Shown here one piece after another: positions 1-8,955 of a stretch of 64,000 bases of DNA. The stretch is taken from NCBI GenBank assembly GCA_965247845.1, contig OZ252040.1:95615-159614 (forward strand), written 5' to 3'. A program made the position numbers and the translations under genes. The notes beneath the pieces are model-generated. The model was given only the letters and a program-made list of their open reading frames with translations, did no database searches and was not told where the DNA came from. The first letter of the stretch is position 1. Every line of letters begins with the position of its first letter. The DNA comes from Nitrospirales bacterium. Its GTDB lineage: Bacteria; Nitrospirota; Nitrospiria; Nitrospirales; UBA8639.

Positions 1-306
1 TTTCAAGAGAGGGCTGGCCATGGTGAGATACAACACATGAACCATAATCAAAAACACAACCGGTATCGTGAATAAATGAAAGTGTGTGGTTTCGGCCAAT
101 TGTCCGAACGACATGGGCTCGCCAAAATTATCAGCAGACCCGCGATAATGTTGGGCAATGCCTTTCGGTGTCAGGTCGGTCATGCTGTGTGCCCACACAA
201 AGGTGAAGACGAATCCCACGAACATCAAGAGCAAAAACCACGTGTACACCAAGCGTATGTGGCGGTCAGTGTCACGTAGCCGAAACCGAGTATTGAAATT
301 ACGCAT
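1..306 (-). CDS. Membrane protein, N-terminal part (gene runs off the window start)
   Basis: ATG at 306 read leftwards. Hand translation MRNFNTRFRLRDTDRHIRLVYTWFLLLMFVGFVFTFVW...THFHLFTIPVVFLIMVHVLYL shows two hydrophobic helices. Lies 17 nt downstream of the FMN-binding gene on the same strand. Confidence 0.5.
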   Translation of the reverse strand, partial: MRNFNTRFRLRDTDRHIRLVYTWFLLLMFVGFVFTFVWAHSMTDLTPKGIAQHYRGSADNFGEPMSFGQLAETTHFHLFTIPVVFLIMVHVLYLTMASPLLK

Positions 307-323
307 TGCAACGGAATGAGCAC

Positions 324-1040
324 CTAAAGCCCAAAGAGAGCTTCAAAAAACCCTTTTTCGGACTTGCCGGCGACCATGATGTTGCTGCCGAGTCCGCGAG
401 GCTTCAAATAGAATTCATTCACCAGGACGAGCACGCGTTTCACCCCGGCGCTCGCGGAACGCACCGACATGGTGGCCCCCGTGATATTAATGATATCGCG
501 ATTAATCCGAACCGGGTCTACAAGGGTTTTCCCCTGGTACTGATAATTGAAGCGTTTCTTGGCGATCTCATTGCCCCGGGCTTCCCGGTACACCAGTACT
601 TCAAAGTTCGAGCATTCGCCTGTCGAATCAACGCCCACCATATACGTAATGGGGCGATGCTTGCCGATGGTATTTTGGACGATCGCGTACCCGTCGATGT
701 TCCCGTTGGTTTCCCCGATAAAGACGTCGAACGTCAATTCCGGAAATTCCCAGCCGATGACTTGTTCAACCAGGGATTTTTGCTCTGCAGTTAATGCCAG
801 GGTATCCTTCCGAATCTTTTCGGAATCCGGAAACATGACTTTTGTGGCTTCTTCCTCGGTAAAATAAATTTCAAGGTGGCCCAGTTCCTCCGGGGTGAGC
901 CATCGCTTCAGCTCGTGGTCCCAGATTTGTTCCGGAGGCTCCTCTTCCTGGGCGAATCCTTGGGTCGCAGGGAACCCCAGCAACACGCCACACACGGCAA
1001 AACCTCCGATCACGTTGAGCATTAACTGATGATCGTACAT
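324..1040 (-). CDS. Secreted FMN-binding (FMN_bind) domain protein
   Basis: Signal-like N-terminus (VIGGFAVCGVLLGFPATQGFA). C-terminal FMN_bind-type region with the flavinylation-type motif DIINITGATMSVRS ([ST]GA[TS]). Confidence 0.75.
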   Translation of the reverse strand: MYDHQLMLNVIGGFAVCGVLLGFPATQGFAQEEEPPEQIWDHELKRWLTPEELGHLEIYFTEEEATKVMFPDSEKIRKDTLALTAEQKSLVEQVIGWEFPELTFDVFIGETNGNIDGYAIVQNTIGKHRPITYMVGVDSTGECSNFEVLVYREARGNEIAKKRFNYQYQGKTLVDPVRINRDIINITGATMSVRSASAGVKRVLVLVNEFYLKPRGLGSNIMVAGKSEKGFFEALFGL

Positions 1041-1474
1041 CCCTTATCCATTAGTTGCTTGGTGATTCTTTGGGCCAAACGCTGCTCCTCCTCGGCGATG
1101 GGGGGAATGCGTTGCCAGCCGGATTGCGACCGCGCGCCCATGGGAGAAAAAAACTCCCGGACTTGCCGAACGGAGATCCTGATCGGCTGCCGGGCCGCTT
1201 CGACGTTCAGAAAAAATCGCGCGCGTTCCTCGTTGGCCTCGCGTCCAAACGCCCCAGCTTGTCGCTTGGAAGCAAAACCTATCCAATCGGTCGTAATCAT
1301 TCCCTTGTCCTTATCCGTTTGACTCAACGCGAATTCATCCACGCTCGCGAGGGCCACGGACCATGCCTGGTCATAGGAACAGCCGGCCTTCACGGTGCTG
1401 GGTGCGCCGGAAAGAGCCGCGCACCCCACCGTGGAGACGACCAGAAACAAGGAAAGAACGACGTGCCTACCCAT
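1022..1474 (-). CDS. Lipoprotein, unknown function
   Basis: Lipobox LVVSTVGC near the N-terminus. 19-nt overlap with the downstream FMN-binding gene. No family recognised. Confidence 0.6.
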   Translation of the reverse strand: MGRHVVLSLFLVVSTVGCAALSGAPSTVKAGCSYDQAWSVALASVDEFALSQTDKDKGMITTDWIGFASKRQAGAFGREANEERARFFLNVEAARQPIRISVRQVREFFSPMGARSQSGWQRIPPIAEEEQRLAQRITKQLMDKGCTIIS

Positions 1475-1501
1475 AGATGGGTGAAGTTTCCTTTTCTTCG
1501 G

Positions 1502-2962
1502 TTAGAAGTACGTCGACATGTTGAATTGGAACCCGTTGTGATCCGTGGACGACTCGTTAGCCTTGGTCGGGCCCTTCTGATTCCACGTATAGGCGAACTT
1601 GATGACCGAATCTTCTATCGGCCGGAAATTGATCCCCAGGGTTAACCTGTCTTCGTCATTCGGGTTGAGGGCGGAATCGGTGTTGGTATCCGCTTGTCCC
1701 CAACGAATGACGCCCGTAAACGTCGAGTTCTGGCCGAAGTAGCTGGGGAGGGCCCTGGTGAGCGCCTCCGGCATAAAGTGGTAATTCAATTGCACGTAAT
1801 ATCCGAACATATTTTCGGGGACGGTGTAGCTTATCGACCGATTTGGGTCTAGCGTAATTTGGCGCCTATTTGAGTCGTCAGCATCCGAAGTGAATACGGT
1901 TATCGGGTCACCGTTCTCATCCTTCCCAGTAATAGTTTGAAACCCGCCCCCTTCGGCGTTGGCCCAGGCGGCTTCACCCTGGAGTTCAAAGGGGCCTCGT
2001 TGCAGGTTCCCGTCAATGGCCCACAGGGTCAGGTCATACTCGTCATTTTCGTCCCATTTGCCGTGGTGAACCGAGCCGGCCACCTCGACACCCAACATAG
2101 GGCTGAACGAGACACGGCTGACAATAGCCTTGTTTTCGTTATTATCCTTTTTAAGGCTTCCGCGAGACTTTCGCGTCCCGGCACTTTCCGAAAACTGACC
2201 GTTATCGCCGGTAAAGCCATTCGTGACGTAAAATTCGTAATCGATCTTGGAAAGCGCGGTCGGATAGACCGTGCCGAAAAAGCCGAGTCCGGATTCGGCG
2301 AACGTGGAAGGCAGGATCGAACGGCTCACCATTGGCCGAAGAGGCAAATCGTTCAAGGGTGAGTCGTGGATGAGGTTGAACCGGCCCATGGGCACCAGGA
2401 TGATGCCCCCACGCAGGTTGAATGCGTCGTTGAACCGGTAGTCCATGGTGGCGAATTCCATCTTGATGTCCCCGTCCCCTTGGTTGCCCTGTGGGCCGCC
2501 GTGTTCAACCTCGAGTTCGGCGGCCACGCTGAGCCGGTCCGTGACCTGGGAATAGAAGAACGGCACGAAGCGTTCCTGGTCGAATCCCAACTTCGCATCA
2601 CAATCCCGTGCTCCCCCGGAACATCGCGTGAGCGTAAAGTCGATGTACCCACCGATGATGGTTTTCGGAGCCTTGACGAAGGGTCTGGCGTAGATGGTTC
2701 GTCCACCCTGCAGGCCGGAACCACCCGAGAAGTCCGTTCCGTATCGGATTGACTTTTTCGTGGTGTCGCCCATGGTCGGCACGGAAGGCCCCTTTCTGGC
2801 CGGCGGCGCCGGCGCCCGCCCCTGTTGCTGCGACATCTGTTCAATCATCTTGCGTATCTGTTTCATTTGGGCGGGAGTAAATTCCGCATCCTCGGCCCAG
2901 ACAGTTGTTTGCGGCACAATCATGAGGGCCATCATTGCCCCCGTGATCAACAATCGTCGCAT
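1502..2962 (-). CDS. Outer-membrane beta-barrel (porin-like) protein
   Basis: Start placed at ATG 2962 (AGGAGG upstream; signal peptide MRRLLITGAMMALMIVPQTTVWA); the ORF track extends to 3022. Alternating-strand sequence and aromatic C-terminus ...NMSTYF. Confidence 0.7.
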   Translation of the reverse strand: MRRLLITGAMMALMIVPQTTVWAEDAEFTPAQMKQIRKMIEQMSQQQGRAPAPPARKGPSVPTMGDTTKKSIRYGTDFSGGSGLQGGRTIYARPFVKAPKTIIGGYIDFTLTRCSGGARDCDAKLGFDQERFVPFFYSQVTDRLSVAAELEVEHGGPQGNQGDGDIKMEFATMDYRFNDAFNLRGGIILVPMGRFNLIHDSPLNDLPLRPMVSRSILPSTFAESGLGFFGTVYPTALSKIDYEFYVTNGFTGDNGQFSESAGTRKSRGSLKKDNNENKAIVSRVSFSPMLGVEVAGSVHHGKWDENDEYDLTLWAIDGNLQRGPFELQGEAAWANAEGGGFQTITGKDENGDPITVFTSDADDSNRRQITLDPNRSISYTVPENMFGYYVQLNYHFMPEALTRALPSYFGQNSTFTGVIRWGQADTNTDSALNPNDEDRLTLGINFRPIEDSVIKFAYTWNQKGPTKANESSTDHNGFQFNMSTYF

Positions 2963-3134
2963 TGAACGACCTCCTTGTTGTTGGGGACTCTGGTGGTCCT
3001 CTGGATCACTAAAGGGGCTCATTGGCCCTCAGGTTACGCCTTGGTATTTTGTGTGTTTAGTGGATTTGATAACCTCTCTTTAAAAAGGTGTCACACCTCT
3101 CGTTTCTCATAAATAATGGAGTTTTTTTTGTCAT

Positions 3135-3332
3135 CTAATGTCCGCATGGCGCTAGGATGATTTCGGTTTCCTTGAGACTGTTGTAGGAAATGGAGACAAT
3201 CCGCTTACAGCGCTTGCACTTGAGTTCGAGATTATCACCGCGAATTTTTGCGATGAGTTGGCCGCATTCACATCTCGCTTCTGCAGACTTGAATTCTTTG
3301 CCTAGCCAACCGGTTTTTCTATCAAAATTCAT
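3135..3332 (-). CDS. Small zinc-ribbon protein, phage Mu Com-like
   Basis: CxC...CxxC arrangement (ARCECGQLIAKIRGDNLELKCKRCKRIV) resembles the Com zinc-finger family. Isolated gene next to AT-rich DNA. Confidence 0.5.
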   Translation of the reverse strand: MNFDRKTGWLGKEFKSAEARCECGQLIAKIRGDNLELKCKRCKRIVSISYNSLKETEIILAPCGH

Positions 3333-3430
3333 TAAATTTAAAAGAAAGCGGTGGGGTTGTTAAAAAAATAGTCAAAAATTAGAATGAGACTTGTTTTTAT
3401 TTAAATTGATTCTGAGAACTGTTATTAAAA

Positions 3431-3446
3431 TATAGAATTTTCTATA
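3431..3446. promoter_or_regulatory. Palindrome TATAGAA-TT-TTCTATA in an AT-rich intergenic region
   Basis: Perfect 7-bp inverted repeat, 99 nt upstream of the Com-like start. The same half-site recurs at 17141-17163. Confidence 0.4.
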
Positions 3447-3571
3447 GCCTGTCAACTTTATTCGGTCATAAAGAAAATATGACTGCAACTTCTTGATCGT
3501 ATTGGTAAAATAAAACGATTGAACTATTCTGGAGTGGCTGGGATCTCAGCCGTGAGGTCAATGCAGGGGGC

Positions 3572-4159
3572 ATGATGAGCAGAAAAGTCTTGTTGGGGTT
3601 CGCGATCCTTTCTCTTATTCTTGTGGCAGGCTGTACGTCCAGGATTTCGGATGGTTCCCAAGACTCGACCACGAATGAATTGGCGTTTGGGTATGTTCGC
3701 GTCGAGGCCAAGGGCCCTAATCCGCGTGCGTTTCCAACCAGACTGAGATTTTTTTTCCTGACCAATGAAGAGACCGGAGAACGATTGCGGGTTGACGTGA
3801 ATTCCGAATCGGGCGTGTTTTCCATGAGATTGCCGGCGGGACCGTATTCCATTGACCGTGTGCAATTTAATGCAGGCCCGTTTCAGGTTGAATCCCATGT
3901 GCAATTGACATTTCAGGTGCCCAAAAAGAAGTTGGCCTATTTAGGGGTCTGGCAATTTGAGGTCGAAACGCCGCGCACCGTTCGGCTTGTGCGGATTCGT
4001 ATTCTTGAAGGGGATGCGGAGTTCTCAAAGAAATTTTCTACGGATCTCGGATCGGAACGAGCGCCCATTGAAACGATGTTGCCCAAACCTGATACATTCG
4101 AAACTCGCGTGTTTGCGGTTGACCCTCAACCGAAAGTCAAATATTTCCGTCGTCGATAA
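3572..4159 (+). CDS. Lipoprotein, unknown function
   Basis: N-terminus MMSRKVLLGFAILSLILVAGC (lipobox LVAGC). The antisense ORFs at 3466-3904 lack any such signal. Confidence 0.6.
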   Translation: MMSRKVLLGFAILSLILVAGCTSRISDGSQDSTTNELAFGYVRVEAKGPNPRAFPTRLRFFFLTNEETGERLRVDVNSESGVFSMRLPAGPYSIDRVQFNAGPFQVESHVQLTFQVPKKKLAYLGVWQFEVETPRTVRLVRIRILEGDAEFSKKFSTDLGSERAPIETMLPKPDTFETRVFAVDPQPKVKYFRRR

Positions 4160-4172
4160 ACCGCCGCATAAA

Positions 4173-5207
4173 ATGATGAAACGGGTTTCTATCATCTTGT
4201 TTGGACTCTTGGGTGTCTCTTTCGCGTGTTGGCTGGGCTTAAGCCTGCCGGGCTATGCTGCCGCACCCCATGTGATCAAGCGCGGCCAAATGCATATGGG
4301 GACCCTGGTTTTTCTGACTGCCGTGTCTTCGGACAAACAGCTTGCCCATGATGCCATTGAACAGGGGTTCGCCGAAATTCATCGCTTAGAACTCATCTTG
4401 AGCACGTGGATTTCCGACAGTGAACTCTCACGGGTCAATGCTGCGGCAGGACAACATGTCATCAAGGCCAGTGCGGAAACCATAGAACTCCTGGGGCATT
4501 CTTTAGAAATGGCCCGGCTCACGGATGGGGGCTTCAACATTGCCATCGGTCCGGCCGTAGAGGCCTGGAATATCAGTCGTGAAGGGCGTATCCCGACTCA
4601 GGAAGAATTAGAGGCCACACGTCCTTTCATGGATCTTTCCGCTATTCATCTCAATAAGGACGCGGGCACCGTCTATCTGGCTCGTTCCGGGATGCAGGTG
4701 GATATCGGCGGTATCGGCAAGGGATATGCCGCGGATTTCGCGGCCCGCGTGATGCGGGAAGCCGGTGCCTCAGCAGGCGTGGTCGCCATTTCCGGAGATA
4801 TTAAAACCTTTGGCCGCCTGCCCGATGGCCAACGTTTCGTGTTCGGCATCCAGCATCCTCGAAAGGAGAATGGGATCACGATCGGGCAACTTGAACTCGA
4901 AGATGAGGCTGTTTCCACGGCAGGTGATTATCAACGATATTTTGTGAAAGAGGGCATTCGCTATCATCACATTCTCGACCCTCAAACGCTTCAGCCCGCG
5001 CGTCTCTCTCAGAGTGTGACCATCGTAGCCCAAACCGGTGTTCTCGCCGATGGGCTCGATACCGGAATTTTTGTCATGGGTCCGGAAAAAGGGATGGCGT
5101 TGATTGAACGCCTGCCCGGAGTCGAAGGCGTGATCGTCGCTGCGGACGGAACCGTGTCCGTCTCGTCTGGCTTACAAGGCTGGTTGCAATTGAATCCACA
5201 GCCGTAA
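4173..5207 (+). CDS. apbE: FAD:protein FMN transferase ApbE
   Basis: Start moved to ATG 4173 (signal MMKRVSIILFGLLGVSFACWLGL). ApbE-type motifs DIGGIGKGYAAD, STAGDYQRYF, YHHILDPQT. Confidence 0.85.
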   Translation: MMKRVSIILFGLLGVSFACWLGLSLPGYAAAPHVIKRGQMHMGTLVFLTAVSSDKQLAHDAIEQGFAEIHRLELILSTWISDSELSRVNAAAGQHVIKASAETIELLGHSLEMARLTDGGFNIAIGPAVEAWNISREGRIPTQEELEATRPFMDLSAIHLNKDAGTVYLARSGMQVDIGGIGKGYAADFAARVMREAGASAGVVAISGDIKTFGRLPDGQRFVFGIQHPRKENGITIGQLELEDEAVSTAGDYQRYFVKEGIRYHHILDPQTLQPARLSQSVTIVAQTGVLADGLDTGIFVMGPEKGMALIERLPGVEGVIVAADGTVSVSSGLQGWLQLNPQP

Positions 5208-5639
5208 ACCCTGCCATGTGACAAGGCACGCCTGCTGACGCACAGCACGATCATCACGGTCATGCCTGTCTGGCCTTAGCTGTCATACATAAAGTATCCA
5301 TTTTGCATACTTTTGGCATCTACTTGACTCCTTTTATATACCTTTTAGCGTATATTTAGCACCTTTTTGGAACCATATGGGAAGCGACTGCTCCTGGCCT
5401 CAAGGGGATGGCGCTGGTTTTTAAACAACGAGCGCCTGTAGAAGCAGCGCCTTCCTCTTGATAGATTCTTCGCAATACTCAGGGTGAACTCAGGATAAGT
5501 GCGTTGTGAGGAATGATGTGCATCCGCTCATCTTGTCCCCGACATTTGTTATCGGGGAAACCGCGCGGATGACAGGACGGAAAGCAGCAAGGCCGCGCAT
5601 GGCGGCCCTGCTATGTGTCGAGCGTTGCAACGGAACGAG

Positions 5640-6378
5640 TTAATTCTTGTGTCCGTCGGTTTTTATGTGGCCCTCGGTTCCGGAACTCTTGCTTTTCTTA
5701 CATTCTTTAACTTGGAATAATCGCCGGAATGCTCCTTTTTGCCGCCATGGGACTTCATGCGTTTGTGCATTTTGTCCATCCGTGCTTGTTGTTCCTCGGT
5801 CAGCACGGCCACGGCGTCCCGCGGAGCTTTGATCGACGCCATGTGCAGTTTTGTCATCAAGCCATGTACCGTGTTCATTTGCGTCAATATCCGCAAGCTT
5901 GGTATCTGCAAGCTTGGCATTTTCGTTCCTCAGCAATACATTCTTCGCTATGTCCACGTCGGCCTTCATCCTGATCGGTCTTTCTTATAATTGATCTTGA
6001 GATCGCGAAGCTGTTGGACCTTCGTCCGTCAGACTCATCCCTTCTTGTTCTTCAAGATATGTTTGCAGAATTTCATGACTGCCTGACGTTCGTGCATGGC
6101 GCCGAAACCATGGTCGCCATGCCCTTTCTTAGCCCATTCCAGGTCCTGAAGCGCGCATTGAATGACGGCCTCCGCCGTGTCTCTTATGCATGCCGTCACG
6201 CTGCGAAGACCAGGAATGGTCCCCAGACCCTTTATGCCTGGAGGCGAAGTTTCGAATGCCTACTCTTCGATTCCCCATGCATGGGTCGGTTGGCAAAGGC
6301 CGGACCGGCAGTCAGTAGAAAGACAACGGCCAACAGGGAAATGAAGGGAAACGGGGAACGTGGTGTACAAAACCTCAT
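5640..6378 (-). pseudogene. Frameshifted paralogue of the LTxxQ (Spy/CpxP/ZraP-like) gene at 6796-7521
   Basis: Homology to the 241-aa protein is split over three frames: signal peptide MRFCTPRSPFPFISLLAVVFLLTAGPAFA (from 6378, AGGAGG RBS), MKADVDIAKNVLLRNENAKL and LMTKLHMASIKAPRDAVAVLTEEQQARMDKMHKRMKSHGG. There is a 2-nt deletion relative to the paralogue in the MSLT(E/D) codons. Confidence 0.75.
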
Positions 6379-6565
6379 GTCGATTTCCTCCTTTGAACGG
6401 TCAGATTTATAAAACAATGGTTTGTAAGTCCAGTAGTTGACGAACGCCATGGCTTTCCGCGCAGGTTGCTATGCGCCTTGGTGCGTCAGCCAGCGAACGA
6501 CTTTGTTTATAGCATTGAATTTAATTATCATTACCATAATAAGGCCTTCATGGAAAGTCAAGGTG

Positions 6566-6705
6566 CCGGAATTTTTGTCATGGGTCCGGAAAAAGGGATG
6601 GCTTTGATTGAACGCCTGCCCGGAGTCGAATGGTCCTGCGGATGGAACCGTGTCCGTCTCTTCGGGATTACAAGACCGGTTGCAGATGAGTCCCAAGCCT
6701 TAACC
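6566..6705 (+). pseudogene. Duplicated fragment of the apbE 3-prime end
   Basis: The first 65 nt match 5062-5126 with 1 mismatch (encodes GIFVMGPEKGMALIERLPGVE). A 7-nt deletion and divergence follow. No start codon. Confidence 0.85.
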
Positions 6706-6728
6706 GGCCAGGAGAGGTGTTGTGATAG

Positions 6729-6760
6729 AAAAAAGGGCCGCACTATGCGGCCCTTTTTTA
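6729..6760 (-). terminator. Rho-independent terminator (bidirectional shape)
   Basis: GGGCCGCA-cta-TGCGGCCC stem flanked by an A-run and a T-run, just downstream of the 6796-7521 gene. Confidence 0.7.
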
Positions 6761-6795
6761 TGATGAGAAATTGGTGATGACGCCACTATCTACTT

Positions 6796-7521
6796 TCAGT
6801 GGCCTTTGTTTTTCTTATACTTGGAATAATCACCGGCGCCGGAATGCGCCATATTGCCGCCATGGGATTTAATGCGTTCGTGAATTTTGTCCATCCGTGC
6901 TTGTTGCTCTTCGGACAACACGGTCTTGGCGTCCCGTTTGGCTTTGATTGAAGCCATGTAGAGCTTCGTTTTCAAGGCATGCATGGCGTTCAATTGCGCT
7001 TCGATGTCCGAGAGACTGGCTTTCTCGTTTCTCAAGACTTCATGCAGGTCGATACTGGCTAACTTCACGGCGGCCTTCATCTTGATCCGGGTTTTCTTAT
7101 AATTCGTCTTGAGATCGTGAAGCTGTTGTGCTTGATCTTCCGTTAAACTCATCCCTTCTTTAAATTTCAAAATGTGACCAATGTATTCTCTCGCATCTTG
7201 ATGACGACGAGAATGCGTAGAACCGGAATCATGGCCGCCATATCCTTCGCCGCCATGTCTCTTTTGCATTCCATCATGGTGGGAAGACCGGGAATAGTCA
7301 CCATGCCCCTGATACGAAGCTTTTGGGTGATGGCCGTCACGGTGCACAGAACCGGATGTGCCATGGGTGGCTGAGCTCGAATGAGCTTTCTTCGAATCTC
7401 CATGCGGCGCTCCATGCATAGAGCTAGGAGGGTCGGCAAAGGCTGGAACGGCAGACAGCAGGAAGAGAATGGTCAACAGGGAAACAGGTGAAAACCAGGA
7501 AGGTGGTTCATGGATCCTCAT
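6796..7521 (-). CDS. Periplasmic LTxxQ-motif protein (Spy/CpxP/ZraP family) with a histidine-rich region
   Basis: Signal peptide (VSLLTILFLLSAVPAFA). His-rich stretch HGAPHGDSKKAHSSSATHG...HRDGHHPKASYQGHGDYSRSSHHDG. Two LTxxQ-type motifs (LTEDQAQQL, LSEEQQARM). Confidence 0.7.
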   Translation of the reverse strand: MRIHEPPSWFSPVSLLTILFLLSAVPAFADPPSSMHGAPHGDSKKAHSSSATHGTSGSVHRDGHHPKASYQGHGDYSRSSHHDGMQKRHGGEGYGGHDSGSTHSRRHQDAREYIGHILKFKEGMSLTEDQAQQLHDLKTNYKKTRIKMKAAVKLASIDLHEVLRNEKASLSDIEAQLNAMHALKTKLYMASIKAKRDAKTVLSEEQQARMDKIHERIKSHGGNMAHSGAGDYSKYKKNKGH

Positions 7522-7703
7522 GTTTGGTTCCTCCTTATGAACGGTCGGTCGACGGGATAGATAAAGGGTTCGTCGGTGTCAAGTTTTCAAAACTCGCGGG
7601 GGTGTCCCCTCAGTGACGACAATAGGACATTATAAAACACTGAAGCCTGTGATTGCGAATTGAGCCTTGGCCTTTTTCAAGTGACGCCAAGAGAAAACAC
7701 GCA

Positions 7704-8771
7704 TCACGTATTCCTGTCAAATAGTACCGTGTGGGTGGCAATGACTTTCAATTCCACCTTTGAGTCGAGAGGGAACAATTGGGTCGAGGCTTCGCTGCTG
7801 TGCACGAGATCGCCGGAAGCCAGGCGGATTCCGTAAATCGTCTCCGAGCCTCGAAACTGCCGGGATTCAACGGTTCCGTCTTTGTGATTGGTTCCACAAA
7901 TTTGAATGTCATCCGGTCGAATCATGACCACGACTTCAGGGCCGCCCTGGTAGCCGTTCGGCACCGGGAATGCGCCGAGTTGAGTCACCACGACAGAATC
8001 GTGAATGGTTCCGGGGATGAAGTCGGCGTGCCCCACAAACTCCGCGACAAAGGGCGAAACCGGAAGGTGGTACATGGTTTCGGGTGCTGCGAATTGTTCG
8101 AGTTTCCCGTTATTCAAGACGGCCACATAATCAGCCATGGCAAAGGCTTCTTCATGATCATGCGTGACGAGAACGGCGGTGGTTTGAGTTTTTTTCAACA
8201 AGTGCAGGAGTTCCATACGCATGCGGTAAGTCGTATCGGGATCCAGATTGCTGAACGGCTCGTCCAAAAGGAGCAGTACAGGTTGAGGGGCAAGGGCGCG
8301 TGCCAATGCCGCGCGTTGCTGTTGGCCGCCCGACAGCGAATGAGGGTATCGCCCGGCAAGTGCTGAAAGCCCGGTGAGAGACAGCATCTCGTCAATTCGG
8401 CCTCGACGGTTGTTCGCTGTTGCATGCGGCAACCCGAATCCCACGTTGTCCTGTACCGTCAAGTGAGGAAAGAGAGCATAGTCCTGAAAAACCATGCCGA
8501 CCCGCCGTTGTTCGGTTGGGACGTGCCGATCCGGCGTCGAGACGGTTTTACCGTTCAGCCTGATTTCGCCGGAGGCAACCGATTCAAACCCCGCGATAGC
8601 CCGAAGCGTTGTGGTCTTCCCGCATCCGGACGGCCCTAACAAACAAATGATGTCGCCTTTCTGCGCTGAAAAGGAAATGCCCTCCAGTGCCAAGGCGTCG
8701 GCTTCATACGAGCAGGCCACGTCCTTCAGCTCGAGCACAATGGGCGTATCGTTGGGAGGTCGTTGCGTCAT
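7704..8771 (-). CDS. ABC transporter ATP-binding protein, Fe(III)/polyamine importer type
   Basis: Walker A GPSGCGKTT, signature LSGGQQQR, Walker B LLLLDEP. Start placed at ATG 8771 (MTQRPP...); the upstream ORF extension lies inside a repeat element. Confidence 0.85.
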   Translation of the reverse strand: MTQRPPNDTPIVLELKDVACSYEADALALEGISFSAQKGDIICLLGPSGCGKTTTLRAIAGFESVASGEIRLNGKTVSTPDRHVPTEQRRVGMVFQDYALFPHLTVQDNVGFGLPHATANNRRGRIDEMLSLTGLSALAGRYPHSLSGGQQQRAALARALAPQPVLLLLDEPFSNLDPDTTYRMRMELLHLLKKTQTTAVLVTHDHEEAFAMADYVAVLNNGKLEQFAAPETMYHLPVSPFVAEFVGHADFIPGTIHDSVVVTQLGAFPVPNGYQGGPEVVVMIRPDDIQICGTNHKDGTVESRQFRGSETIYGIRLASGDLVHSSEASTQLFPLDSKVELKVIATHTVLFDRNT

Positions 8772-8783
8772 GCTAAATGAATG

Positions 8784-8840
8784 TGTAGGGCCGCATCTCA
8801 TGCGGCCAACTCCCAGGCGCCATGAGATGTCGCCGCTACA
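8784..8840. repeat. Palindromic repeat, family R3 (TGTAGGGCCGCATCTCATGCGGCC ... GCGCCATGAGATGTCGCCGCTACA)
   Basis: Two inverted copies of a ~24-nt hairpin motif. Related copies at 58495-58550, a half copy at 45756-45779 and a partial copy near 63241-63291. Confidence 0.7.
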
Positions 8841-8955
8841 AAGATATATGTTTACGGCTCAGAGCTTGTCGCCTGCCGAAGGATGACGTCCATGGGCACT
8901 CAGGAAGAGGCCCTAATCCATTTATGAGTAGCTTCTGGCATCTTGCGCGGCGCGG

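Noticed and set aside
3466-3904. Two minus-strand ORFs (128 and 126 aa) opposite the 3572-4159 lipoprotein gene
   Set aside because: They have no signal or motif, and they overlap each other. The plus-strand frame has a clean lipoprotein signal peptide.
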